From: Camelus dromedarius
Taxonomy: Eukaryota
Direction: 5' to 3'
NCBI RefSeq assembly: GCF_036321535.1
Contig: NC_087437.1
Span: forward strand, 7,440,001-7,504,000
Length of the DNA stretch: 64,000 nucleotides
Below the pieces are notes generated by a model, which had not been told where the DNA came from, did no database searches, and saw only the letters and a program-made list of their open reading frames with translations. Within the stretch, counting starts at the first letter, position 1; the number at the start of each line of letters is the position of its first letter. Both the position numbers and the translations under genes were made by a program. Below, in pieces: positions 1 through 14,189 of this stretch.

Positions 1-748
1 CTTATATACAAAGGCAGATTTTTAGCTAACTATATTACTATGGAAATCAGCTCCAACTGAGTAGAAATAGTACAAAATAATGAAAACACTAATACATCTT
101 TACACATTGTATTATTCATCTATCAATTACTTTCCTTTTGTGTGCCCCACTCTTGCAGGTTTGGCTGTTTAACAGTCACATTTTTTCCAATATTTATTCT
201 CAATTTCTTTTCTTAATCTTGATCCTAAGAATTAACTAAAAAAGAATATTTAAAAGGTCATGTTGTCCTTTCCTGTGCAAATCTCGGAGATAAGGCTGTT
301 ACTAACACATTTTCTAATTTTTTAAGTAAATGTTAAGGGGAACATTTGGTTCTTTTATAAAAAGCTTTTCACAAACAGGTCAAATGTGTTACAGGTGGTG
401 GAAACAGATTTTCCTTCACAACCTGTCTAGGTCCCCTAACTCCTGAGGAACTGGGTTCAAGGGGGTTATCCTCTCACATTGGTCAGAGGATCATCTAATG
501 AGTTTTAGGAGATGATATCTCTCCTAGAGTGAAAATGCTCTTAGAGATTGATCTGGGGAAAGTAATGGTTCCTGCAGCCAATGATGAGACTATCTGGTCA
601 CAAGCGACTACGTCAGAGATTATAACGCAAACGCTTCTCAGCATCTGGTATAAAATAAAAGATGGCCAGTGACCACAGCTAACTGGGAAGTCCGGGCTCA
701 TGTAGACACTAAGATTCGCATTTTAAAACATCACTGTGCTGGCCAGAA

Positions 749-771
749 ACACACACACACACACACACACA
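749..771. repeat. (CA)n microsatellite
   Basis: Perfect AC dinucleotide run read directly. Confidence 0.95.
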
Positions 772-929
772 TCCTTGTGCTAATTCAGGAGGTGGGGACC
801 AGATTTTGACCCCCTAAGTACACAGTATTTCAAAGCTTATGGACTGATTTTGTCCTTTCCTCTTTCAGACTCATTCATCAGTCTGCTTGTTGTAGTTTGA
901 TGTATTTCTCCTTCCCCATCAATGTCTTA

Positions 930-3900
930 TTTATCCTTTGCTAAAGGAACAGATAATACATTCGTGTGGTTCAAATAGAAAAGAAAATATAAAGACATAT
1001 ACAATAAAAAGTTTTCTTTCTTCTCCCTTTACCTTTGTGTGTCCAGTCCCCATCCTGATTTCCCTATCCTGACAGATAACTTTTATTATTGGTTTTGGTG
1101 TTTCCAGTAATGTTACTATATTTGTATGCAAGCAAATAAATACACAAGTGCACACACACGTATACATCATAGTCTTATATATGCTCTCCCTTATAGATAA
1201 AATATTGCATGATATACATACATTTTTTCTTTGTAAAGCTAATTGTTTGAAAGCAACTTTCTACTTAAATATAAACACATGAATATATAAAAATATATTG
1301 ATGTACACACACATCTCTAGCATATATCTACCTTAGTGACCTTTCTCCATATCCATACATAGTGCTTCCTGATTCCTTTACACAGCTGCATTATATTCCT
1401 TTGTAAAGCTATATATATTATAATTTATTTAACTAGTTCAATACTGATGGATATTCAAGTGATTTTCAAACATTTTCTATTATAAAAGCTCCTGCATGCA
1501 TCATTTTGCAGGAATAGCAGTCTGCATGCATTATTTTGCACATGTACAAGTATACTTGTAAAATAAATAGAAATATGATGACTGGGTCAAAGGTAAATAT
1601 ATATATAATTTTGACAAACATTGCCAAATTACCCTTAGAAACCACACTGGTTTGAGTCAATATTTTATTCTCAGTATATTTAGTCTACTACCTTTGCAAA
1701 TGAAAAGTGTTATCAAACTATTCAATTTTTCCATTTAAATGTTTTTAAAAGATAGTCTAGTGTAGTTTTAATATTTCTCATATTATAAGTGGGATTGAGC
1801 ATTTTCTTATGTTTTAAAACCATTTATATTTGGTTTCCCATTAATTATCTTTATATATCATTTGCTTATTTTCCTTTTAGGTTATTGATGTTCTCAATTT
1901 TTAGTGTTTATAAATTAAGGATATTAGTCCTTTGTCTGTAAGACCAGATATATAGGTACATAAGCCCCATTTTGTTGTCTGTCTTTTATTGTTGCTAATG
2001 GTGATTTCATTTTCCATGCATAGATTTTGTTTGTTTATTCTATTGGAGTTGAATTTATCAACCTTTTATTTTATGGATTTTGATTCAGAGAAAGATCTTC
2101 CACACTCCAAGGTTATAATGGAATTCATCTATATTTTCTTCTAGTATTTTTATTATCTTATATTTTTGCATCCAAGTCTTTAATCTTTTTTGCATCTTCT
2201 ATCACCTGTAATTTATACTTTATAAATGTTTGGTGCATAGATATTCATAACTGCATTATGTCCATTGTGAGTTACACACTTCTGCACTATTAGGTTTTTC
2301 TCTTTTTTTAAATGCAGTTTGGCTGGAATCTCTGCTTTATTTTTGTTTGTATTTTCTGGTCTATCCTTTTTAATTATTTCATTTTCAGCCTTACAGAAGT
2401 AATTTTTTATGTGAGTCTATGCTACAGAGCATAGAATTGGGTTGTGTAATTCATCCTGGGAATTCTCTTCTTTTAAAAGCTAAGTTAAGCCTTTTAATAG
2501 GTGATTTATTGATATAAAAATTACATTTTGTCATTGTTCCATGGTATTATTTATTATTTTTATTTTATTTTACTTGTGATTTTTAAAAGTCTTTTATTAA
2601 TTTTTTTTTGCTTTTTGTGTGTTGTTTTTCTGCCATTCAGATTGTGTTTTTTCTTTAGTTGTTACCTTTCTAATAATAAATATTTATATTAGACCCTTAG
2701 TCATATACTTCTTTTAACTACAGCTCTAAGTTCTCTACTATGAATAATGATTAAAAACTGGACTGTTACCTCTTTTTTTCCCCTCTACTCCCTTTTCTCT
2801 CTCTCTTGACTTTAATGACTAATTGTGTTTACTTTTAATACATTAAATAAGACAATGGATTTATTTAATTTCTGACCTCCTTTCTCCCTTGCCTATACAA
2901 TTTTTGTTAGATAATTTCTACATAGTCAAGGCACATAATATTTATATTTTATTCTGACATCACAACCTCCATATTTGTTTTTGTTTAGTTTCTACAGGTA
3001 AATACATTTGACATTTATTTCCAGTCCTGTGGCCCCTGCCACCTAGTTACTTCTCAGTTGGCCAAAATTCGTTCTCTATTAATTCCCTCAAGAAGGCTTC
3101 AATGTACCACATCTTCTTTATCCAGTCATCTGTTGATGGACATTTAGGCTGTTTCCATGTCTTGGCTATTGCAAATAGTGCTGCTATGAACATTGGGGTG
3201 CAGGTGTCAGTTTGAAGTAGGGTTCCTTCTGGATATGTGGTATATTTATACAATGGAATACTACTCAGCCATAAAAACTGACAACATAACGCCATTTGCA
3301 GCAACATGGATGCTCCTGGAGAATGTCATCCTAAGTGAAGTAAGCCAGAAAGAGAAAGAAAAATACCATATGAGATCGCTTATATGTGGAATCTAAAAAA
3401 AAAAAAAAAAAAACCACACACACAAACAAAGCATAAATACAAAACAGAAGTAGACTCATAGACATAGAATACAAACTTGTGGTTGCCAAGGGGGCGGAGG
3501 GTGGGAAGGGATAGACTAGGATTTCAAAATTATAGAATAGATAAACAAGATCATACTGCATAGCACAGGGAAATATATACAAGATCTTATGGAAGCTCAC
3601 AGAGAAAAAAATGTGACAATGAATATATGTATGTTCATGTATAACTGAAAAATTGTGCTCTGTGCTGGAATTCGACACATTGTAAAGTGATTATAAATCA
3701 ATAAAAAATGTTAAAAAAAAAAAAAGAAGGCTTCAATGGCACAATATTCTCTGAGCTCTTGCATCACCAAAACTGTTTGTAGACTTTATATATTAAATGA
3801 AATTTGGTGGTTAAACCGTCTTTGTCTCATACTCTTTACTTGGGTATCTTGTTTCTCTGCAGCCTTTTTGTATTGAATGTTGATAAGAAGAAATACAAAG

Positions 3901-4070
3901 CCAGTATTTGGCTCTATGAGGAATTTTTAAATTTTTTTCCCTAAACACTGCTGCAGTGGTGGGTCCTCCTCCCTCTCCTCCTCTTTTTCCCCCTTTTTCT
4001 TCATTTTTAAAGTTCAAGTATAAGTCTTAAGAGTTGACTTTACTGGATCCATTTTCCCGGTTTACTCAGT
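930..4070 (-). mobile_element. Ancient L1M (L1ME/L1MC-like) relic, interrupted by a young L1 at 3105-3723
   Basis: T-rich degraded antisense L1 ORF2/3' motifs (atgactgggtcaaagg, ttgccaaattaccct, gattgagcattttcttatgt); boundaries approximate. Confidence 0.65.
3105..3723 (+). mobile_element. Young 5'-truncated, 5'-inverted (twin-primed) LINE-1 with poly(A) tail and perfect 15-bp TSD
   Basis: TSD aagaaggcttcaatg at 3090-3104 and 3724-3738. 3105-3236 encodes ORF2p DTCTPMFIAALFAIAKTWKQPKCPSTDDWIKKMW on the minus strand. 3235-3396 encodes MWYIYTMEYYSAIK...SLICGI* on plus, followed by 3'UTR, aataaa and an A tail. Confidence 0.95.
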
Positions 4071-4077
4071 GTCCACT

Positions 4078-4460
4078 GAAAATGTTGAAATTTACTTGAC
4101 CCCTGTGATCCTGGAAAGTAGTGAAGATTAAAGAAATACCCCGACTCTTTTGTGTCCTGAGAACCTCCTTCTTACAAAGGACTTCGATAAGACTCATGAA
4201 TTACCTGTGACCAGGGAGACACAGACATTCCAAATTCCCATTCTTTGCCTCATAATGATTAGCTGAACTGTTTTGTCCCCACTGATCAATCAGACCAAAA
4301 TGCTATTTAACTAAACTTTGGTTAATTTTTTTCTCTTTCTCCCAGGTATCTGAACTTTGACCCACCCTCTGCCCAAGCCAGCACACAACCACTCTTTAAG
4401 GGCTGCAGGACAACAGGCTGACCTCAGGGTAAAACATTCTCTGATTGATTGATCATAGAT
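4078..4460 (+). mobile_element. Partial solo ERVL-class LTR (MER54/MER73-like)
   Basis: TG start; motifs ccaaattcccattctttgcctcataatgattagctgaactg and ctgaactttgacccaccctc recalled from this LTR group. Confidence 0.6.
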
Positions 4461-5374
4461 ATTTCTTCTGTTCCTGCACCATCTGGGCACAGGGAAACTT
4501 AAGTCTTGCCTTAGTCCTGAATGCTACTTATGAAAATTTACATGGTTCTCATTTGCGTTCAAATCCTCCCATTCTCTGGGTATTCTATTATGCCCTCTGG
4601 GATTAAACATAGATGGGAGATGAAGCATGGAGAAAGCAATGTGAAAGACTCAAGGTCCCTTTGCTGGAATCCATCCTTATCCAGTTTTCTTTTGTATGCT
4701 CCCCCTTTTCTCCAGCATGCTCCCATTTCATGACTTCTTTATCTACTGTCGATGGTAGGAAAAACTGAAACTGATCTCTTCTTCTAACTCTTTTTATCTT
4801 GAGACTAAAACAGCCCTTTAAAAAGTAAAAGAAAAAAAATTTTCCCCCAGTTTTAATATATTATCCTCCCTTGAAGTAACCAGTACTGAATGAGAAATCA
4901 TTGATGTCTGAATGTGGATTAAGAAAGTAAAAGACAGGAATTACAGAGGAAAGAACAGCGTAGTAGCCTACACGAATATGAGCTGCGAGATGTTTTGTTA
5001 ACATGATAAAAGTACTTTGAGTCATCTACAGTCTCACAGATGCCCTCACTCTCCCTGATCCCCAAAATCTGCTAGATATCTGGATGAGTTTGGGGACAGT
5101 ATCTCCATTCCCTGGACAGAGCCCAGAAACATCCTGGAACATCTCAAGTCCAAGTCCTATAGGTAATAGGATGTCCCAGCCCTCTTTGACACATCTTCTA
5201 CTGAGAACATTTGGCCAGATAAACCCAGTTATGCCTCATCCCCTCACCACTGTATTATGTTTTCTTCAAATTCAAGAGATGGTTTACTAGCCACTCAGTT
5301 CTCTCTTAATAACTCCTTAGTTTTCAACCCAGAATTACATAATTCTCTTCCTTTTGTAGTGGAAAGTATTTCCA

Positions 5375-5480
5375 CCTCTCCTAGTCTCTGTTTCTTCACC
5401 TACAAAATGGAAATTATTATGTCTTCCTTATAGGGGTCATACCCATGACACTATAATGAGAATATGTTGAGATTAAAGTT
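5375..5480 (+). mobile_element. MIR SINE core fragment
   Basis: tctctgtttcttcacctacaaaatggaaatt resembles the MIR core cctcagtttcctcatctgtaaaatgggg. Confidence 0.6.
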
Positions 5481-6939
5481 CTGATACCCTTGTATTGATT
5501 GAAAGTGACTGTATTGATATCAATTACAATGAAAGGTTGACAATTCTCATGATTACACAGTATTAGCAAACAGATCTGAAGGAGCCTCTAAAAATTCAAA
5601 GAATAACACTGGGAATGGTAGTTTTCCCAAGGTCCCTCATGTCCTCCTTTCCCTGGGGCTGTGTGACAAACCTTCAGGAACAGTATATTCCTGGGGTTTT
5701 GTCTCAAACAGGTGCGCATCTGGTCTCAGTGTGCAAGGCAGTTGTTATTACAGTAATTCGATCGGGCTCACCTGGCTAAGGTCATTAGGGCCATGACACC
5801 TGTATGCATCAAGGCAAAACTGTCTCAGGACTTGTAGTTCCATGAGCAGCAGAGAAGTGTTGTCACCTGTGACGTGTTACATCCTGTGTTTCAACTGGCC
5901 TGCCCCCTAAAGTCTAACCCAGATCGGAGAAGTCCCACCCTCCCCTGAAGGGGTCTACTTCCTCTCCATCTGGCTCTTATTTTTGTATCTAATCTTCAGA
6001 AAGAGTGATAGGCTGTTGGGGATGAGGTTGTGTGGCTTCTGTAAGTTTATTTTCAACAGGAGCCAAGTAGAGGGGAAGGGAATCCTGGAGTCCAGCACAA
6101 GGTTTCTTTCTGGCCCTGGGCAAGCGGGCATCCTGGTACCTCCGTGGGTATTTGACACCCATCACTGCAGCGATCACGGTAACTCACATGGAGGAACTCA
6201 CTGACAGAGCCATCTATTGTTAGGGAACCCAATCCAGTACTGTCCAGTCTGAGAGCAAAACACAACCCATTTCTGAATCATGGGACACAGGGAAGCTGCA
6301 GTCATCTGCTGGTGTTTGTCCTTTGGATAAGGTTGCAAGCAGGTGGAAAGATGTATCTTACAGGGCCTCTGTGATTGGCTCCCAGCCAGTCTTATGCATT
6401 TTTCACAGCTGGCATCAAGCTAAACTAATTTTTTTTTCACTTAATTGACCCCTATTACTTTCATTTTCATAGCTCACAACCAAATGATGGGATACAATTT
6501 AATACAACGCAATGAATGTTACAGCATCCTTCATAGGAAAGTAACAACAAAAATGAGTTAAAACCTAAGTGCCCACCACAGGGATAGGAAGACAATATAA
6601 ACCTAGGAGAAAAGGGAGTTCTAAGAAGTATAAAAAGAATTGTTGCTGCCTTTGCTGAGAGAGAAAGGGATAATGAAAAACAAGAGACAACAAATGGTCA
6701 ATAATGACTTCACGAAGACACTTTCAAGGATTCAAGAAACCTTCCCAAAGGAAATGACATGTAGCTGAGTCTTGAGAAGGAGTGAGGGAAGGTGGAGGGC
6801 AAGCTTGGAGAACAAGGAAGGCTATTGCAAGCAGAGGGGAAAGTATGAGCCACAGACTTACCCCACCCTCCACCCACGGTTGGACACCTGCCTTCCCTTC
6901 ACTGTGGTTCCTTCCACCACCCCACCACCCCACCACCTG

Positions 6940-7575
6940 GGGTTTTTATTCATTTGTTTATTTTTATATCAGTTTGGGCTTGCATACCTTTGTTTTATTC
7001 CATGGATTATAATCCATTTCTAGCACTATTTACATTGATGCACGAATTGTTCCTGATTTTGGACATCAGGCTTTTCTGTTCTTTTTGACATGTCTCTCAT
7101 ATTCCTTGAGCACTTTCTTGAACAACTCATTTTGAATTTCTTTTTTGCTTTTAGCTCTGGGAGTAATCTTTCCCCCAAGGAGCCCTGGTACCTTTCAGTG
7201 GAGAAGGGTATGTAGGAGCCAATATCTGAGCACTGGCTGTGCTCATGGCAATTAGCATTTCCCTGCTTTCAACTTTTTCAGTGTTCAGGGCTAAGGAAAA
7301 CAAAACTAATACACACACACACACATTTCTGTATCTATCTATTTATATATTAAAACAATGAATTTACCTGATAATTCAAATTCCAGAGCAACATCTCTGT
7401 ATTTATTCTAGCTGTCTCCCTTCCATATTTACAACTCCAGCACAGAAATATCTCACACCCATATCATCAATTTATTTACTTATTTGCTCAATCACAGAGC
7501 TCACAGAGTTCTCTCAGAATTGTTTTTCCATACCATTGTGAAAATCATTCCTACTAAGTATAGTTTACTATTTGG
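6940..7575 (-). mobile_element. L1MC4/L1MC5-like 3' UTR relic
   Basis: ccaaggagccctggtacctttcagtggagaagggtatgtaggagccaatatctgagcact is typical of L1MC4/5 3' ends. Confidence 0.65.
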
Positions 7576-7579
7576 TTTT

Positions 7580-9385
7580 TTTAATAGTAACATTTATATA
7601 CAAGAAAATATATAAATTTTAAGTGTACAAGTCAATAAATTTTGATAAATGCCTGCATTTATGAAATTCACACTGCTCTTAAGACATAGAAAGGAGGTTT
7701 GCATAAATTTCCCTCTTCCTTCTTTCTGGTAAATACACTGCCCCAGTAGACCAGTGTTTCCTCCTCTAAAATTCATACATACTAAATCACACAGTGCACA
7801 TTCTTTTGTTTCTGGCTTCATTTGCTTAGTATATTGTCTGAAAGACCCATGTTTTTGTATGAGTCAATAGCTTATTATTTTTATTGCTTGATAGTATTCA
7901 TTATATGAATATATCAAAATTATTTATCTATACCTTGGTTATAGGCATTTGGGTTGTTTCTTGTGTTGGACTATTATGAATAAACCAGCTATGAATACTT
8001 CCCATAAAGTCTTGTGTGGAAATATTTTCTCATTTTTCTTGGGTAAATTCCTTAGGAGTGAAATTGTTAGATCATAGGAGGATATATCCTGAACTTGAAG
8101 GAAAAAAACCTAACAGTTTTCCAAATTGATTGTACTATATTACACCCCATCATCAACATATGAGAAGTCAGCGTGCTCCACATCCTTGACAACATTTAGT
8201 CTCATTGGCCTTTTTTCAAATTTAACTATTCTAAGTGTGGGGTGGTAACTCTTTGTGATTTAATTGCATTTTTCCTGCTGACTAATGACGTTGAACCTTT
8301 TATTCATTTACTCATTGGCCGTATATATTTCTTCCTTTGTGAAGTCTCTGTTCAGGGCTTTATTGAATTGTCTGTCTTTTGATTATTGAATTATAGGATA
8401 CAAATTCTTTGTTTTTTGCCAAGTATGTTTTGAAAACAATTTCTCTCAAAATCCTCAGTCATGAAGATATTTTCTTAGGTTTTTTTAAATAAGCGTTATA
8501 AGTTTAGATTTTAAAATTAGGTCTATGATCCACCTCAAATTAACATATGGCATGACATAGAAGTCAACATTCATTTTTTTCCCATGTGTATTTCCATTTG
8601 CCCAAGCACCGTTTAGTGAAATCCTCCAGTAATATTATCAAGAATCACTTGACTATGTGAGTGTGGGTGTATTTCTGAATTCTCTACTTTATTTAACTGT
8701 CCTTTCATAAATACCACACTGTCTTGATTAATGTAGCTTCATAGCAAGTAAGCCTTGAAGTTAAGAATGTAAGCCCTCCTATATTATATTATTTTCCTTT
8801 TTCAAGATTGTTTTCCCTGTTCTAGGCTATTTGCACTTCCATACAAATTTTAGAAGAGACTACCAATTTTTAAAATAAAAAACTTGCTGAGATTATGACT
8901 TGGCTTACTTTGAATCTGTATGACAACCTGGGGAGACTTGATATCTAGACAACATTGAAACTTCCAATCCATTAATATGGTATATCTCACCCGTTATTAA
9001 TGATTTATTTGATTTTTCTCCTTAATCTTTTGTGGATTCGGTGTAGAGTTGTATTGCTACACTTATCCTTAAGTATTTTATATTTTCAGTGCCATTTTAA
9101 ATGGAACTTTAAAATTTTTACTTTCTAAATCTTTGCTCTGAGCATATTAATTCTGTATACTATGACCTTGCTAAATTCAACATTAGGGCTAGTAGGTATC
9201 TTCTATATTCTTTAGTATTCACTACACAGTCATGTCAGCTGCAAATATGAACAGTTTCATTCTTCCTTCTAATCTTTATACCTTTTCCTTTCCTTTTTTC
9301 ACTTCCTTAAACGTCTATAATGTAGAATAGAAATGATGACAGAGAAGATCCTTGCCTTGGTCATTCTCTTAAAGAGAAAGTATGA
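7580..9385 (-). mobile_element. Ancient L1M relic (3' ORF2 and 3' UTR)
   Basis: Antisense L1 motifs (ttttcttgggtaaattccttaggagtgaaattg, ataccacactgtcttgatta, cttccaatccattaatatgg). Confidence 0.8.
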
Positions 9386-12260
9386 ACTCTCAAAAGGAAA
9401 AATGGGAAAATCCTCATAAATTTTTGTGCAGTCCTTGTACAGAATTCATGCTGTTCTCTCTACGCTATTCTAATATTAGTATATGTGTTGTCGAAACAAG
9501 CACATATTTTCTCTGCAAATCTGCAGCTTTCTTGAGGTCAGAACTTAGGACTGAGTCATCTTTCAAGTTCCAGCCCCTAGCAGAATGCCTCAAACATGTA
9601 AGAATTCCAAAAAGCATTTTTTTAAAAATAAATAACAAGATTAATTTCAAAAGAAAGATTATTTTTTGAGAGAGAACTCTAATACAAGCATAGAACTTTA
9701 TTTCCCAAAGGATATTCCATCTAACACTTGTTCTGAGAGAAAATACAATGTGTTAAGTTTTTTTTTTTAATATGTTTTTGGACAAATAAATTTGGGGGAG
9801 TGTGGATTAAAAGGGAAATCAGAGCTATCTATGTTACAGAGTAGATGATTTATACCTACAACTCACTTGTAAAAAATTCTGTGATATTTCTATATAACTA
9901 AGTTTTTTATATAATCTTATTTCTAACGGTGGGTAGAAAATAATAATGTAAACTTTCCAGTTACAGGTAACTCAATCTTTTCCAGTTTAAAATGTTCTCA
10001 CTGAAGTGAATGTTCACTCAATTTAGAAGTTTAAACACTCTTTCAAGCAATTTTTCTCCTCTGGATAGTCTCCCATAACTTTCTCTCCAAAATAGTGTCT
10101 ATAATTGGAATTAAATGCTTTCTGGGCATCTGCTGGTTGACCTCTGATCACCTAACTTTGGAAAGTAGCCTTTTTTTCTAATTGCATCAGCTTCTTAAGT
10201 GACAGAAACAGGTGTAACCCATTGCCTGTTCTCCCAGCAAAATCAAAGCCATGAAAGCATCTCATCACCATTCTGAATCCCCCGTTTCTCAGTTAAAACT
10301 TCTTTCTGCTTTACTGTGTTTCAAATGGGATCACCTTGTCATTTACTCTAGTGAACCACAGTGGGCCACTGTCTTATTTCTCAACTATTTTCAGTTGTCC
10401 TAATGGGATCACGGAAGCATTCTGAGTTCCCACCACACCAGACATCTGTCAAAAGAGATCCCATGATAAAATCCTCTGCTATTTTTCTACCTGAATGAAT
10501 GTATCCCCTTTTCTATTCCACTGTGGCCATCTTGTTTTGGCCCAAGAGGAGATCTTCCAAATCAGTGTCCTTTTGGAGTTGCCTTTAGTAGAGAGGGTGC
10601 ACAAACCTTGGGTTTTAACTTCCCTTTCAATCTGCTGGGGTTTTCATCTCACATCTTTGGTACCTCTTGGATCAAGGTCCATAGAGATGAGGGCACTGGG
10701 TCCCTGAAAGATTCAGGCTGCTTTTCATCCTCTACCTATCCCTTCCAATATCTCCTCTTCCCCTCATGAAAAGTATCATGTTCTTTTCTCTGTCTGGTAG
10801 GTGTTCCTCCTTCCCCACTACTGTCTGAATAACCTCTCAACATCTTTTGGTAAAACTGAGTGACCTTCAGTCCCACTGAACTTGGATCTTGATATGTCAA
10901 TATCTTTTGGAATTTACCAATCTGTATTCTCTCAATAAAGCTGGGATTTTAAGACATCCTAGCCATGAACCTCACAGTCACCTTTTGGAAGTTGAATGTT
11001 GAATATTAACTCGTTCTCTTCAAATTCCTGCTGTAATTATCCTGATTTTCCCTAAGGCACTAGGTCCTTCGGAGTAAACAGGGTGGTGATCACGGGTAAC
11101 ACAGAAGACAAAAGCACATTCCTATCTTCATGTTACTCAGGACTCCTCAAAGTTTTAATGTGCTAACAGGTTTCATGACTGCAAGCATGGCTGAGAAGGT
11201 CTATAGCATTTTCCCACTTATCTGAACACAGGTCATTTTCTTTAAGGAACATCTGGCCAGTCTACTACTCCATTGGAAATACTCCAAGGATCAAAATGAT
11301 CCATTGCAAAACAGGAAAATCTGAAAGCAGGCAGAGGTGCCAGTGAAGAGGCTACTTCCTTTGCCCAGAAGAGAGGCGATGAAGATCTGAACTGGAGAAA
11401 GGGCAGTAGCTGTGAAAAGGAGGGACAGATTCAATAAGTAGGTAGAAAATAAAGCTACATGACTTGGTGAGAATATTTACGCTAATGAAACAGAATCCTA
11501 GATATTTCCATCTAACAACATGCTTTGTAAATTTTTTAATTTCAAGAAAGCAACCAAATGAAAGCCAGAGGTGTATCTGCATGAAAATAGATATTTATAA
11601 AACAGACATGAAAGGAAAACCTATTTCTTTCGGGTTGACATTGAAGGAAAACTTCCCTAAGAAGATACCCAATTATGTTTTATTCTGTCCCTCTTAGTCC
11701 ATGAAATGCTTTAGAAAGGTTTCCCCTGAAGTCTCAAGACCTTTAAAAATGGACCTACCAATGGAATGAGAAAGATTGAAAAAAAAAAAATCCTCAAATA
11801 ACTAAGTCAGTGAAATTCTGGATCAAAAGTAATTTCAGTATTTTAAGCACCAAATATCTTTTTAACAAGTTAAGAGTATCTCTCATGGACCTCCACTGGT
11901 TGATACTTTCCACTTACTAAGTGATGAGTTTATTGTAATGGAATTTGAACATAGGAGGAAAAGAAGAAGGCAAATTTAGTCATAAAACCACATTAATTAA
12001 TATTATTAAATAAATTGTAAGGCATTCCAAATATTTCGGCTTAACAGAATGGAACAGACTCATCAGAATAGAATGGGTGATTTTTAAACAACACACAAAA
12101 CAACATTGTTCTGCTGCTTTTTAGCAAGGACAGTGACAATTAGATAGAAATTACTCATAAGATACATTCCATAAACTGACTTTTTCCTCTACATCTTTCA
12201 TAGAGTGATAAAAAATTATAACCAAAAAAAAAAAAAATGAAGAAATAACAAACTGGGGAG

Positions 12261-12750
12261 TGTGGCAATTGGCTGGGAAGAAATGGTCATATTTATTTCC
12301 CTTCCTTTTATTCACGAGCCTTTGCAATGTGACTTTGCAGCCGCTGAATCAAAAGATGGATTCTGTTTCACCTCCCTTTGTGTGTGGTCTGAGTTTGCCA
12401 CTAGCTTTGACTCACAGAACACAGTGGAAATGACACCATGCCTGTTGGAAGCATAGGCGTCAAGGGGCCTTGGCATGTCACTTTCTGTAGGAATTCCTTC
12501 CAGCCTCATGTCTACGGGCCTGAGCCAGCCTGGGGGATGATGAAAGACCATGGAGCAGTGATGAGCTATCCCAACTCTAGCCTTCCTAGACCAACCAGCG
12601 TTGGTAACTCGCTGAGACCAACTGAGACCAAGAGAGCTGCCCAGATGGAACCAGTCCAAATTGCCAATCTGAAGACTTGAAGAATAAATAAATGGTGGTT
12701 GTTTTAAGCTGCTAAGTTTTGGGATGGTTTGTTGCTCAGTAACCAATTCA
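12261..12750 (+). mobile_element. MaLR solo LTR (MLT1F/G-like)
   Basis: TG start, ctttgcaatgtgactttgcag motif, 3' aataaatggtggttgttttaagctgctaagttttggg. Confidence 0.8.
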
Positions 12751-12799
12751 GTGGTTTGGATGATTTTTTTCTTTAACTACTTTCATCTCCTCTCAGTAT

Positions 12800-12990
12800 C
12801 CTACCTCCCAACTATCTTTCCTCTCCCATCCTACTTACACATCGCTGCCGATTTCATTTCCTAGACACTATTCTTATCCCATTACTTCTTGCTCAAAAAA
12901 CCTTCAGTGGCTCCTGACTGCCCTTCTAATACGATCTCAGCAACCTTAATCTGTTATGCAAGGCTTTTCACGATTTCTCCACAGCTTAAA
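12800..12990 (+). mobile_element. L2 LINE fragment
   Basis: gctcaaaaaaccttcagtggctcct is a typical L2 motif. Confidence 0.55.
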
Positions 12991-14189
12991 TGTTGAATCG
13001 AAGCTTCTGCTTTTCTTCATTCACCCTGGATTCTATCAGGACGAGCTGCAAGTCCTTGACTGGGAGACACCGCTGGCTGAAGCGTCCATCATTCCTTTAA
13101 TACACACCTTATGCCACAGCCTAATGGATGGTGAGTTTCTTTTGAAACCAATTCTAAGTTAGCTCACGGTATTCTCGACATTAAAATATGAAAAGGTAAC
13201 ATGACTGAGAATTGAGGAAAGAGTCCCCATTGTTCCCCACATGGCTTCTATTCCCTGCCTCTTGTCCCTGTCTAGAACACCCCCCTCCACTTTATACGCT
13301 CCAGGTTTACATATTCAAATCCAATCTCTCTAAAAATAGATTCAAATAGTCCATAGAAATCCTTGAGAGTCTTTCTCTTCACTGAGCTAAATGGAACCAA
13401 GGCTGCTTGAAGTCCCTGAGAAAGTGATCAGAACAACTCATAGGCACTCATCACTTCCCACCTGTACTGGCAACTCTTTTTCTGTGATGCTAGACTGTCT
13501 GCAGGTTGAGGGCAATTCAGCATGTTTTGAATATGTCACATTCTCTTTTTGCCATGCCAACCCAACGTTCTAAGTGCAATGTCTACCAGTGACTGTAACA
13601 AATGTATTTGTTGAGCAAATAACTCAGTGAAAAACAGATTTAACTTCGTAGGTGTGCTAGCTCAAATCACAAGGTGACTTAAAAAGCACTTACAGAAACT
13701 GCCTCTTACCAAGCTCCTCTAGGTAGCTGATGCACTAGTGAATATCCCTGCTGTGATTCCCACTCCAGATAGCTTTGCACCCTGCAGACAGGTCAAAGGA
13801 GACCAGACGTGCTGTGAACCCATGGTGATTGGGCCTCTCTCCTGCACTCTGAGATCAAAGGAGCCATGCTCACACAGGAAGAGATAGGTGTTATTACGGC
13901 AATATAAACCACCCAAGAGTTTGGTGGAAAACTTTTTTTATTAGCTAAAACTTTTATTAATAAAAATAGATTAAAAGCATAGTAAGAGTTCAATATTTTA
14001 AAGAATCACCCTCAGGAAACAGGCACATGGTGGTTGGTGTTGGCTGTAAAGGCATGCCATAATTAACACTACAGGGTCTAAGCCTCACATCTCTGCACTG
14101 AGGTGGATTTTCCACTTCAGCTCAATACCACTCCATTCAGTTCACCTTGATTCAATTTATACGTGTTTCCATTCAAGGTAGCATCGGGC

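Noticed and set aside
3047..3396. ORFs 3047-3307 (-) and 3193-3396 (+) as genes
   Set aside because: They are the two arms of an inverted L1 ORF2 C-terminus.
12312..12746. 144-aa ORF
   Set aside because: Lies wholly within an MLT1 LTR.
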